Source of the DNA: Candidatus Multivoradales bacterium
Lineage (GTDB): Bacteria; Acidobacteriota; Thermoanaerobaculia; Multivoradales; JAHEKO01
DNA: 64,000 nucleotides
Direction: 5' to 3'
Assembly (NCBI GenBank): GCA_965223855.1
Contig: CBDCXM010000008.1
Coordinates: forward strand, 32,001-96,000
Below the pieces are notes generated by a model that saw only the letters and a list, made by a program, of their open reading frames with translations, ran no database searches and was not told where the DNA came from. Position numbers and translations under genes: made by a program. This document shows, piece by piece, positions 1 through 8,292 of this stretch. Numbering within the stretch: the first letter of the stretch is position 1; each line of letters begins with the position of its first letter.

Positions 1-2
1 GG

Positions 3-215
3 CTCGAGACCGAGCATCTCGACGCGCTGAAGGACCCCCACCTGCTGATGCGACGGCTTCTCCTGTACGCCGGCCTCGGCGACTGGCGGGTGCTCGGCGA
101 CTGGCCCCGACGCCTCGGGTCGGTCACCCCCGAAGAGCTGTCCCAGGCGGCGCGCCGCCACCTGCGCCCGGATCGGCGCGCCATCGCCTTCTACCGGCCC
201 GAGGCGAGTCCATGA
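3..215 (+). CDS. C-terminal fragment of an M16 (pitrilysin/insulinase) family peptidase subunit, truncated by the window edge
   Basis: Manual translation LETEHLDALKDPHLLMRRLLLYAGLGDWRVLGDWPRRLGSVTPEELSQAARRHLRPDRRAIAFYRPEASP*. The 'VTPEELxxAARRHL' tail is typical of M16 C-domains. Its TGA overlaps the next ATG (ATGA). Confidence 0.7.
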   Translation, partial: LETEHLDALKDPHLLMRRLLLYAGLGDWRVLGDWPRRLGSVTPEELSQAARRHLRPDRRAIAFYRPEASP

Positions 216-1756
216 CGATTCGCACGGCGGTGCTCGCCCTGGCAACGCTGAGCGGCGTGGGCGCCCTGCCGGCACAGGAGGCTCCGCTTCCGGCGCACCC
301 GCGTGATCTCGTCTTCCCCGAGGCAACGTGGCGTCCTCCCGATGCCTCAGCCCTTCGACACGAACTCCCGGGGGGAGCCACCGCCTATGTCCTGACCGAT
401 CGCTCGCTGCCGCTGGTCGATCTGGTAGTGGTCGCCCGCAACGGCGGTCATCTCGACCCTCCCGGCCTTCGTGGCCTCGCCGAGATGACGACGACCCTGC
501 TGCGCAGAGGCGGAGCGGGCGACCGCAGCTCCGAAGCGTTCGACCGTCGCGCCGACGAGCTCGGTGCGCGCCTCTTCTCGGTACCGACGATGCTCTACGG
601 GGCCGCGGGCCTGAGATGCACCTCGGACGTGGTGCCCGAAGCGCTCGACCTGCTGCTCGACATGCTGGCCAGCCCCCGCTTCGAGGAGGCGCGGTGGCGC
701 AACACCGTGGCCAACACTCGCGAAGCGTTGTCGCGTCGCAACCTCGACTCCCGACAGGTTCTCGAGCGGGAGTTCGACTGGCTGCTCTTCGGCGAGCGGC
801 ACTTCTCCACCCGACCCATCCGCTCCTCGGACCTTCAGGCGATGACCCCCGCCGAGCTCGCAGCCTTTCACCGTCGTCACTGGGCGCCGTCGGGCTTCGT
901 CCTGGCGGTCGCAGGGGACATCGACGCCGAGCAACTGCGCGGGCACCTGGCATCTCGCTTGAGAGACTGGCCGGGCGAACCCGACGGCTCGGCCGCGCCC
1001 CCATGGCCGCCACCCGGCCCGGACGAACCGGCTCGGGCAGGCCTGTTTCACATCGATGCCGACATTCCTCAGGCGAGGTTCCTCTTAGGCCATCGTGCTC
1101 CCGTCCTCCCGGCGACGGTCAAGGAACGGGTGGAACTCGAGGTAGTGGCGGAGATTCTCGGCGGTCGCGGCGCGATCTCCCGCCTCGGGGGCAGGCTTCG
1201 ATCTTCCGAAGGGCTGGTCTACTCGATCGCTGCCGACTTCGACCCCGGCGACCTGTGGCCCGGCTCGTATCGCATCCGCTTCGACACGAGGGCCGACCAG
1301 GCGGCTCGCGCCCTCCAGGCGACCCTCCAGGAGCTGCGTCGCATGATCGACACTGTGCCGAAGCCCGGAGAATTGGAGACCGTCAAGCTGGAGCTCAAGG
1401 CTCGTCGTCGGCAGGAGTTCGACACGGCCGAGGAGGCGGTCGGCCTGCTGGTGCAGGACGCTCTCGTCGGCAGACCGGCCGAGTACCGGTCCGACTACGA
1501 GCGGCTGCTGGACGCGGTGACACCCGAGGCGGTGGCCGCTGCTGCCGCCCGCCATCTGAATCCCGACGCGCTGACGATCGTCGTCGCGGGCCGATGGGAC
1601 GAACTGGCAGGAGCGGTCTACGCCGACGGTCGAACGGAGCTCGAAAGGATCGCGGGCTCTTCCGTCGAGCCTCTGCCGACTCGCGATCCACTGACCCTCG
1701 CTCAGCCCGCGGGGACGGCGCGCAAGGCCGGGCCGCACTCCGGGCCGGACAGCTAG
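212..1756 (+). CDS. M16B family peptidase, probable non-catalytic partner subunit, secreted
   Basis: Signal peptide, 'LPLVDL...GLAEMTTTLLRRGG', 'SRL...LRSSEGLVYS' (R/Y pair) and 'VTPEAVAAAAARHL'. No HxxEH motif. Confidence 0.85.
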   Translation: MTIRTAVLALATLSGVGALPAQEAPLPAHPRDLVFPEATWRPPDASALRHELPGGATAYVLTDRSLPLVDLVVVARNGGHLDPPGLRGLAEMTTTLLRRGGAGDRSSEAFDRRADELGARLFSVPTMLYGAAGLRCTSDVVPEALDLLLDMLASPRFEEARWRNTVANTREALSRRNLDSRQVLEREFDWLLFGERHFSTRPIRSSDLQAMTPAELAAFHRRHWAPSGFVLAVAGDIDAEQLRGHLASRLRDWPGEPDGSAAPPWPPPGPDEPARAGLFHIDADIPQARFLLGHRAPVLPATVKERVELEVVAEILGGRGAISRLGGRLRSSEGLVYSIAADFDPGDLWPGSYRIRFDTRADQAARALQATLQELRRMIDTVPKPGELETVKLELKARRRQEFDTAEEAVGLLVQDALVGRPAEYRSDYERLLDAVTPEAVAAAAARHLNPDALTIVVAGRWDELAGAVYADGRTELERIAGSSVEPLPTRDPLTLAQPAGTARKAGPHSGPDS

Positions 1757-1763
1757 CCCGGCG

Positions 1764-4145
1764 CTACTCGGCGACGAGCTTCCGCGCGGCGGCGACCACG
1801 TCGTCCTCGCCCGGAAGGTAGTCGTGCTCGAGGGGGGGCGCGTAGGGAACCGGTGTGTCGGGCGCCGTGACTCTCCGGATCGGGGCGTCGAGGTCGTAGA
1901 AGAGGTCGTCGGCGATCCTCGCCGCCAGTTCTCCAGCGAAGCCTCCCCTGCGGGTGTCCTCATGAAGCACCAGCATCCTGCTGGTCTTGCGCACCGAGGC
2001 AAACAGAGCCTCTTCGTCCAGCGGCACGAGAGTGCGCAGGTCGAGCACCTCGGCCTCGATGCCCTCCTCCTGCAGCCTGCCGGCAGCCGCGAAAGCGGTC
2101 CAGACCATCGCTCCGTACGTGGCGATCGTCAGATCCTCGCCCGATCGACGCACGGCCGCCTTCCCGAGCGGTACCCGCACTGCGGAGCCGGTCGGTACCT
2201 CCTCGCGAAGATCGGTCCTGAAGAAGCCGTAAAGACCCTTCGCTTCGAGGAAGAGAACCGGCCCTTCGTCGTCGATCGCCGCCAACAGGAGGCCTTTCGC
2301 GTCTGCCGGCGTCGAGGGAGCGACGATCTTCCACCCCGGCGTGCGGACGAACCACATCTCGGGACACTGGCTGTGGAAAGGCCCCCCACCCAGGAGCGGC
2401 GTGTGCGTACCGGTCGCTCCGCCGTAGGGCAGCCGGACGACCATCGGCACCTCTCTCCCCCAGCGCCAGTAGACCTTCGCCGCGTTGTTGACGAGTGCAT
2501 TGAAGGCGGGCGCGAGGAAGTCGGCGAACTGCATCTCCACCACCGGTCGGAACCCCAGGAGCGCCGAGCCGACACCGCAACCGACGATCGCCGACTCCGC
2601 GAGCGGCGTATTGAGGCAACGCTCGGGGCCGAACTCCTTGGCCAGCCCGCGGGTCACACCGAACGCGCCGCCGTAGCGCCCACCGACGTCCTCTCCCAGC
2701 AGATAGACCCGCTCGTTCGCCCGCATCGCCTCTCGGAGCCCGTCCCGAACGGCTTCGTCGTAGGACATGCGCCTGGTCGCCGACCCGGCATCCGGCGCGC
2801 GCTCGGGAGGTGGCGGCGGGTAGACACGGGAACGATACTCGTCCGGATCGGGCCACGGTGCGGAAGCGGCAATCTCCGCAGCGGCCGCTACCTGAGCCTC
2901 ACACTCCTCGGCCATCCGGCGTTGGGCGTCGCGATCGAGCACGCCCGCCTCTGCGAGGCGATCGCCGAACAGGACCACCGGATCGACCGCCTCCCAGGCG
3001 GCAGCTTCCTCCGGGAACTCGTAGCCCGGGATCTTCGCCTCCGGGCTGCCGTGGAACCTGTCGTCGTCATGGTGAGCGTGTCCGGACCGACGGTAGCTGA
3101 CCAGCTCGATCAGAGTCGGTCCATGGCCGGATCTCGCTCTCTCCGCCGCCCAGGTGACGCCCGCGGCGATCTCCTCGGGGTCGTTGCCGAAGAGCGTCAC
3201 TCCGGGAATTCCGTAGCCGGCGGCGCGCAACGAGAAGCGGCGGGCCGCCGACTGCTCGCTGACGTGGGTCCCCAACGCCCACTGGTTGTTCTCGATGACG
3301 AACACCAGATTCAGCTTCTGCACCGCGGCGAAGTTGATCGCCTCGTGCCACTCCCCGAGGCTCGCGCCGCCCTCGCCGATGAAGGTCACTCCCACGCGGT
3401 CCTCGTCGGCAAGCCGGAAGCCGTAGGCGATGCCGAGCATCGTCTGAACCGCGACTGCCAGCGGCGCCGCAGGCGGAAGGACGCCATGATCGAAGTCGCC
3501 GGTATGAAGGTCCCGGCCGCCGACCGGCGTGCCGGTCTTCCCGTACTGCACGAGGATCGGATGCAGCGGATCCGGCAGGAACATGAGCAGCGCGCCCAGG
3601 TCGCGAATCAGCGGTGCAATGACGTCTCCCTGGTAGTCCGCACCCGGTGGATACGCCGGAGGGCGCCGGAGTCGCAGCGCTGCGCCGACGATCGCCTCCT
3701 GGCCGGTGGAACGGAACCCTTTCTGCGGTGACGGGTAGTCTCCCCACGCCACCTCCTTGCGGTCGAACGCCGTCTTGAGATGCCCGTCCACCGCTCGAGT
3801 GAGGAGCATGCCGCGCAGGAGCGCCTCGCGCTCCTCGGGCGCGAGGCTCCGCCGGATCCTCCGTCGCTCGAAGAAGCCACGGACTGCGACCTCGAGCGCA
3901 CCGCGCTCACCGGCAACCGCCTCGCCATGGGTGAGGCCGGGGTAGAGGGACACGTCCGAGTACCTCGGGCCCGTTCTGAAACGATGGTCGATGCGCTCGA
4001 CCAGCGCGGTCTCGAGCTCCTCTTCGCTCGCTGCACGCGGCAGATCGCGGATCAGAAAGGGGGCCTCGAGGCTCAGAAAGCCGTGGAGATCGCGCAACAG
4101 GGTCTCGGAGAGCATCGCTCCACCCGCTGGTGAGGGCTCGTTCAT
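1764..4145 (-). CDS. Fused E1 alpha/beta subunit of a 2-oxoacid (branched-chain/pyruvate-type) dehydrogenase
   Basis: TPP motif 'FIGEGG...IENNQWA', 'YRRSGHAHHDD', and beta-domain 'GEDVG..GGAFG', 'NTPLAESAI', 'EMQFADF'. Start moved to ATG 4145, which follows a TATACT -10 box. Confidence 0.9.
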   Translation of the reverse strand: MNEPSPAGGAMLSETLLRDLHGFLSLEAPFLIRDLPRAASEEELETALVERIDHRFRTGPRYSDVSLYPGLTHGEAVAGERGALEVAVRGFFERRRIRRSLAPEEREALLRGMLLTRAVDGHLKTAFDRKEVAWGDYPSPQKGFRSTGQEAIVGAALRLRRPPAYPPGADYQGDVIAPLIRDLGALLMFLPDPLHPILVQYGKTGTPVGGRDLHTGDFDHGVLPPAAPLAVAVQTMLGIAYGFRLADEDRVGVTFIGEGGASLGEWHEAINFAAVQKLNLVFVIENNQWALGTHVSEQSAARRFSLRAAGYGIPGVTLFGNDPEEIAAGVTWAAERARSGHGPTLIELVSYRRSGHAHHDDDRFHGSPEAKIPGYEFPEEAAAWEAVDPVVLFGDRLAEAGVLDRDAQRRMAEECEAQVAAAAEIAASAPWPDPDEYRSRVYPPPPPERAPDAGSATRRMSYDEAVRDGLREAMRANERVYLLGEDVGGRYGGAFGVTRGLAKEFGPERCLNTPLAESAIVGCGVGSALLGFRPVVEMQFADFLAPAFNALVNNAAKVYWRWGREVPMVVRLPYGGATGTHTPLLGGGPFHSQCPEMWFVRTPGWKIVAPSTPADAKGLLLAAIDDEGPVLFLEAKGLYGFFRTDLREEVPTGSAVRVPLGKAAVRRSGEDLTIATYGAMVWTAFAAAGRLQEEGIEAEVLDLRTLVPLDEEALFASVRKTSRMLVLHEDTRRGGFAGELAARIADDLFYDLDAPIRRVTAPDTPVPYAPPLEHDYLPGEDDVVAAARKLVAE

Positions 4146-4242
4146 CGGCGGGCTAGTATACGGACGGAGTCGGCGATGCCGCCGGGCCGGTCGCGACCCG
4201 GTGATAGCGTCCACGACTCGCCATCCTCCGCCGGTATCCTGC

Positions 4243-7089
4243 GTGAAGTCCTCGACTCAAATCCTGAGCTCGTTTCTGCGCGGCGTTCGTTTCCTCTTCG
4301 ACTCCGCTGCTGCGGCCGTCTTCGTGCCTCCTCCTTCCGACGGCAGCCTCGAGCCGATTCTGGTGCATGACGGCGATCGGGACGCCTTGCACGAGTTCCG
4401 GTCGGTCGAGGCCGCCCAGAGCACGGTGGAGCAGCTGATGGCCGGAGGGCGGGTCGCAGACAGGAGACCCGCGGGCGACTCCGGCGGCGTCTGGATCCTG
4501 CCGATGGTCTCCGCCCCTCCGAAGCCCGCGGATCCACCCACGACCTCTCGACGCGCGGCCGACAACGATCCCGCCAGAAGGCCTCGAGCCTACCTCGCCG
4601 TCCACATCGACTCCGGCTCCGGGCAGGTGGACGATGCCGGGACGTCCGACCCGCGATGGCAGTGGGTGCGGGAGTTCGGAGCCGATCTGGCCGAGCAGGC
4701 GATCAGGGTCCACAGCACCCTGCGCGACCCGGTAACCGGCCTGGCAGACCGCATCGGCTTCCAGGCACTGCTCTCGGACCAGGTGGAGAGGGCGACGCAG
4801 GCAGGCACCTGGCTCTCTCTGGTCCTCATCAACCCTCACAACTTCGGTCAGGTCAACGAGCGCTTCGGCAGGTTCTCGGGAGACAAGGTGCTGCGCGAGG
4901 TCGCAGAGCTGATCTGCGACACGCTGCGGGAATCGGATCCGGTGTCTCGCTACGGCGGTGCGATCTTCGGCGCGCTGCTCCCTGCCACCCCTCCCGAGGA
5001 CGCCACGACCGTGGCGCACAAGCTCGTCCATACCGTGCGCGACAGCACGTTCCTGGACGGTGATGTCCGTCTCGAGCTGTGCTGCGGCGTCGCGTCCCTC
5101 GACCCGGGCGACCAGCCCCTCGGAGACCCTCTCGACCTCCTCAGGAGGGCCGACCTCGCTCTCAACCGGGCGCGGCGCGAGGGGGAGGGTGCGGTGGACG
5201 TGTGGGGGAAGGCTGGAGGTGAGGCAGAGGAGGGTCGCGTCGAGTCGGGGAGGATCAGCGAGCTCTTCAGCGGTGATCTTGCTCGCGACTACCGGAACAT
5301 GGCGCTGCTGCGGGACGCGGTCGACCTCGTCGCCGACACCCACGACCTCGAGACCCTGGCCGGAGCCGTCGTCGAACGGCTCTACTCCGCCTGCAAGGCC
5401 GAGCGGGTCGGGCTGTTCCGTCGCGCCGACGGTCAGCCTCAGCTGGTGCGCGGAATCGCTCGCCCCTCGACTCCGGTCGGAGCGCGACGGGAGACGTTCG
5501 AGCTCGAGCCCGCACCCGCCGCTCTCCTCGCCTCCGCCATGGAGCAGGCTTCCGTCCAGAGCCGGCCCGTGGAGATCGGAGACGGGCGGACTCACCTCGC
5601 CTTCGCAGTGCCGATCGTGGCCGGCGGCGAGGCGATCGGCGGCTTTTACATCGACGGAGCCGTCGAGTCGATCGACGTCGATGCAACCGACCTGATCTTC
5701 TTCAAAGCACTCTCTTCCCAGCTCTCGATCGCCCTCGAGCGAGCGCAACTCGAATCGAGCCGCAGCTCGAGCAGACTCGAGGAGGAGCTCCTCGAGCTGC
5801 GCACCGCAGTTCAAGAGAGCCAGCTGGTCCACACGTCAGAGTCGATGGCCCAGCTCCTGGACGCGGTCGATCGGGTCGGGCCGACCGAAGCTACGATCCT
5901 CATCACCGGCGAGAGCGGCACGGGCAAGGAGATGATCGCTCGCCGGCTTCACGAGTCGAGCGCACGCCGTCGCCGCGGCCTGACGGTCGTCGATTGCGCC
6001 GCCATCGCGCCGACTCTGATCGACAGCGAGCTGTTCGGCCACGACCAGGGTGCCTACACGGGCGCCCAGAGGCGCCGTTCCGGCAGGCTCGCCGAGGCCG
6101 ACGGCGGGACCGTCCTGCTCGACGAGGTCGGCGAGCTTCCGGTCGAGGTCCAGAGCCGCCTGTTGCGGTTCGTGCAGGAGAAGCAGATCACCCTGGTCGG
6201 CGAATCCCGGCCGCGCAAGATCGACGTCAGAATCCTCGCTGCGACGAATCGCGATCTCGAAGAGGAAGCGCGCGCCGGTCGGTTCCGGGAGGATCTCTAC
6301 CACCGTCTGAACGTCGTGAGGCTGGACGTGCCGCCTCTGCGCGACCGCCCGGACGACGTCGTCTTCCTCGCCGAGCACTTTCTCTCCCAGTTCTGCGATC
6401 AATACGGCAAGGTGGGCGCCCACCTCACCGCGGACGCCAGGGAGGCTCTCGTGCGCTACGACTGGCCCGGCAACGTCCGGGAGCTGCAGAACCGGATGCT
6501 GCAGGCGGTGATCCTGCTCGAAGGTCGCGCGCTGGCGGCAGCCAGTCTCGGGCTTCCTTCGGAACCGGCGCCACGAGTCGTCCAACGTTCTCGACCGGAG
6601 AAGGCTCCGAGAGCCGGCGCGACCGTCGAAGAGGCGCTCGACGAGTTGAGGCTCATCCTGCGCGGTCAGATCGAGGCGATCGTCGATCGCAGCCGGGCGG
6701 TCCATCTCCCGCTCGGGAAGTGGCTGGCGGAGGACCTTCTCGCCGAGGCCGACCTGGCCGAGGGAGGCACCGCCAGAAGGGCCGCGCAGCGTATCGGGCT
6801 GGCTGAGACGACCTACCGGCGTCGCCTTGCCCAGGCACAGGCCCGCGAACGCGCCGGGCTCGCTCCGAGGCCCGACGGGTGGCTGGACGTTCGCGAGGCG
6901 TTGACCCGACTCCTGCACGCCTCCGATCGCGACGGAAAGCCGCTGCTGAAGCTGGCCGAGGCGGCACTGCTCGACGAGATCGTCTCGCAGCTCGAGGGGG
7001 ACGAGGTCACGGGAGCCGCGCTCCTGGGAGTCACTCTACCGACGTACCGACGGCGCATCGAGAGTTGGCTGGACAGCGCCGGCACCTGA
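4243..7089 (+). CDS. Sigma-54 enhancer-binding protein with degenerate GGDEF, GAF, AAA+ and two C-terminal HTH-like segments
   Basis: 'GESGTGKE', 'ELFGHDQGAYTGA', 'LLDEVGE', 'FREDLYHRLNV' and 'WPGNVRELQN'. GGDEF-like 'RDPVTGL...LRESDPVSRYGGAIF'. Start uncertain (GTG 4201 or 4243); the 3991 start overlaps the opposite-strand E1 gene. Confidence 0.9.
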   Translation: MKSSTQILSSFLRGVRFLFDSAAAAVFVPPPSDGSLEPILVHDGDRDALHEFRSVEAAQSTVEQLMAGGRVADRRPAGDSGGVWILPMVSAPPKPADPPTTSRRAADNDPARRPRAYLAVHIDSGSGQVDDAGTSDPRWQWVREFGADLAEQAIRVHSTLRDPVTGLADRIGFQALLSDQVERATQAGTWLSLVLINPHNFGQVNERFGRFSGDKVLREVAELICDTLRESDPVSRYGGAIFGALLPATPPEDATTVAHKLVHTVRDSTFLDGDVRLELCCGVASLDPGDQPLGDPLDLLRRADLALNRARREGEGAVDVWGKAGGEAEEGRVESGRISELFSGDLARDYRNMALLRDAVDLVADTHDLETLAGAVVERLYSACKAERVGLFRRADGQPQLVRGIARPSTPVGARRETFELEPAPAALLASAMEQASVQSRPVEIGDGRTHLAFAVPIVAGGEAIGGFYIDGAVESIDVDATDLIFFKALSSQLSIALERAQLESSRSSSRLEEELLELRTAVQESQLVHTSESMAQLLDAVDRVGPTEATILITGESGTGKEMIARRLHESSARRRRGLTVVDCAAIAPTLIDSELFGHDQGAYTGAQRRRSGRLAEADGGTVLLDEVGELPVEVQSRLLRFVQEKQITLVGESRPRKIDVRILAATNRDLEEEARAGRFREDLYHRLNVVRLDVPPLRDRPDDVVFLAEHFLSQFCDQYGKVGAHLTADAREALVRYDWPGNVRELQNRMLQAVILLEGRALAAASLGLPSEPAPRVVQRSRPEKAPRAGATVEEALDELRLILRGQIEAIVDRSRAVHLPLGKWLAEDLLAEADLAEGGTARRAAQRIGLAETTYRRRLAQAQARERAGLAPRPDGWLDVREALTRLLHASDRDGKPLLKLAEAALLDEIVSQLEGDEVTGAALLGVTLPTYRRRIESWLDSAGT

Positions 7090-7205
7090 CAGACCGGACC
7101 TGACAGACCGGGCAGCGCAGAGCCCTCTCCCTCGAGGGGATACCGTCCCACCTCCACCCGCCGGCCACTCGGGTCCGAGGGCTCGGAGGGAGCGTGTTCC
7201 GACCC

Positions 7206-7225
7206 GCCTCGCCGCCCGGCGAGGC
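7206..7225. terminator. GC-rich hairpin between the convergent sigma-54 activator and peptide genes
   Basis: GCCTCGCCG-CC-CGGCGAGGC inverted repeat. No clear U-tract. Confidence 0.4.
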
Positions 7226-7286
7226 AGGGACTGAAGGGTGACTTCATCTCATCCGGCGCAGTCCTGTTGTCTCAGGGCCGGGACAG

Positions 7287-7457
7287 CTAGCCGCGGGAAG
7301 GGTCGACCAGAGGGGCCGGCGGCTCGTCGTCGCCGGTATCACCCTTCTCGTCGATGTAGTCCGAGGGACGGGCGAGGAATCCCTGATCGGCGCCCGTATC
7401 GGTCGCGGGGAGAACGGGGAGGACGGTCAGCATGAGGGCGAGAATCAGTCGAAGCAT
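7287..7457 (-). CDS. Small secreted acidic peptide, copy 1 (56 aa): MLRLILALMLTVLPVLPATDTGADQGFLARPSDYIDEKGDTGDDEPPAPLVDPSRG
   Basis: Manual translation. AAGGA RBS upstream of ATG, Sec-like hydrophobic N-terminus, paralogous to two neighbours. Below the ORF-track length cut-off. Confidence 0.88.
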   Translation of the reverse strand: MLRLILALMLTVLPVLPATDTGADQGFLARPSDYIDEKGDTGDDEPPAPLVDPSRG

Positions 7458-7539
7458 GGGTAGGGTCCTTTTTCAGAGGTTGAGCGCCTCCGGCGTGGGA
7501 AGGAGGCTCGTTCCAGCGGTGTCCTGACGGGAAGCTGGG

Positions 7540-7710
7540 CTACCAGGAACGGTCGTCGCGCAGCGGCGCAGGCGGCTCGTCGTCGCCCGTGTCGCCCTTC
7601 TCGTCGATGTAGTCCGAAGGCCGGGCCAGGAAGCCCTGGTCGACATCGGTATCGGTCGCGGGGAGGACGGGGAGGATGGTCAGCATGAGGCCGAGAATCA
7701 GTCGAAGCAT
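7540..7710 (-). CDS. Small secreted acidic peptide, copy 2 (56 aa): MLRLILGLMLTILPVLPATDTDVDQGFLARPSDYIDEKGDTGDDEPPAPLRDDRSW
   Basis: Manual translation. AAAGGA RBS. 47/56 aa identical to copy 1, with only synonymous changes in the 25-aa core. Confidence 0.88.
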   Translation of the reverse strand: MLRLILGLMLTILPVLPATDTDVDQGFLARPSDYIDEKGDTGDDEPPAPLRDDRSW

Positions 7711-7767
7711 GTGGATGTTCCTTTGTCGTGAGCAGGTTCGTTAGGGAAGGTCGCGATGCAGCTCTCG

Positions 7768-7941
7768 CTACCAGGACCGGTCGTCGCGCAGCGGCGCGGG
7801 CGGCTCGTCGTCGCCGGTATCACCCTTTTCGTCGATGTAGTCCGAAGGACGGGCGAGGAAGCCCTCGTCGGCTCCGTCGGTCGTCTGTGCCGGCAGCACC
7901 GGCAGCACGGTGAGAATCAATGCGATCATCCATCGGAACAT
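7768..7941 (-). CDS. Small secreted acidic peptide, copy 3 (57 aa): MFRWMIALILTVLPVLPAQTTDGADEGFLARPSDYIDEKGDTGDDEPPAPLRDDRSW
   Basis: Manual translation. GAGGAG RBS and the same invariant core. Confidence 0.88.
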   Translation of the reverse strand: MFRWMIALILTVLPVLPAQTTDGADEGFLARPSDYIDEKGDTGDDEPPAPLRDDRSW

Positions 7942-8191
7942 GGCGTTCTCCTCTTCTGGTCGTTCCGTTGCGTTGAAGTCGAAGCGACCTCATGATCGCT
8001 CCGACGGGTAGACACTTCTTGACACCCGGTCTTCGACGTTCGAGCGGCGTAGGGACCGCGCCGGGTCAACGATCGGCGGCCGAGACGGCGAAAAAACGGA
8101 GCAGCGGAAGCTCCGCAAGTGCGCATGCGGGGATGCGGGTCTTGCGACCCTCTCACTACAACCACCTGGTGTCCCTCAGCCATCGTTCGGT

Positions 8192-8220
8192 TTCGAGCCC
8201 CCCCGGGCCCGACGTATTAT
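8192..8220 (+). promoter_or_regulatory. Possible sigma-70 promoter for the sensor diguanylate cyclase
   Basis: TTCGAG-N17-TATTAT in a locally AT-rich patch about 70 nt before ATG 8293. Confidence 0.3.
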
Positions 8221-8292
8221 GTATCAGCTTTTAGCGCACACCCTCCGTCGCCGCAAGGGAGTCCGGCACAACGTCCGACTGGTGGAAGCCCG

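Noticed and set aside
3-1756. M16B pair as the RiPP maturation protease (PqqF/G-like)
   Set aside because: About 12 kb from the cluster with unrelated genes between, and it appears secreted. No direct evidence.
7085-7111. Direct repeat CCTGACAGACCGG x2 at the activator stop
   Set aside because: A short local duplication with no associated mobile element.
7350-7385. FLARPSD resembling microviridin PFFARFL / KYPSD (graspetide precursor)
   Set aside because: Only a loose similarity. No ATP-grasp ligase in the window, and the peptides carry Sec-type signals.
7287-7941. The three ~170-nt repeats as a CRISPR array or non-coding repeat
   Set aside because: Units are too long, differ mainly at synonymous third positions, and each has an RBS, start and stop. 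No cas genes are present.
8048-8063. Sigma-54 promoter for the peptide array (minus strand CGGCGCGGTCCCTACG)
   Set aside because: The -12 element reads TAC instead of TGC, too weak to call.
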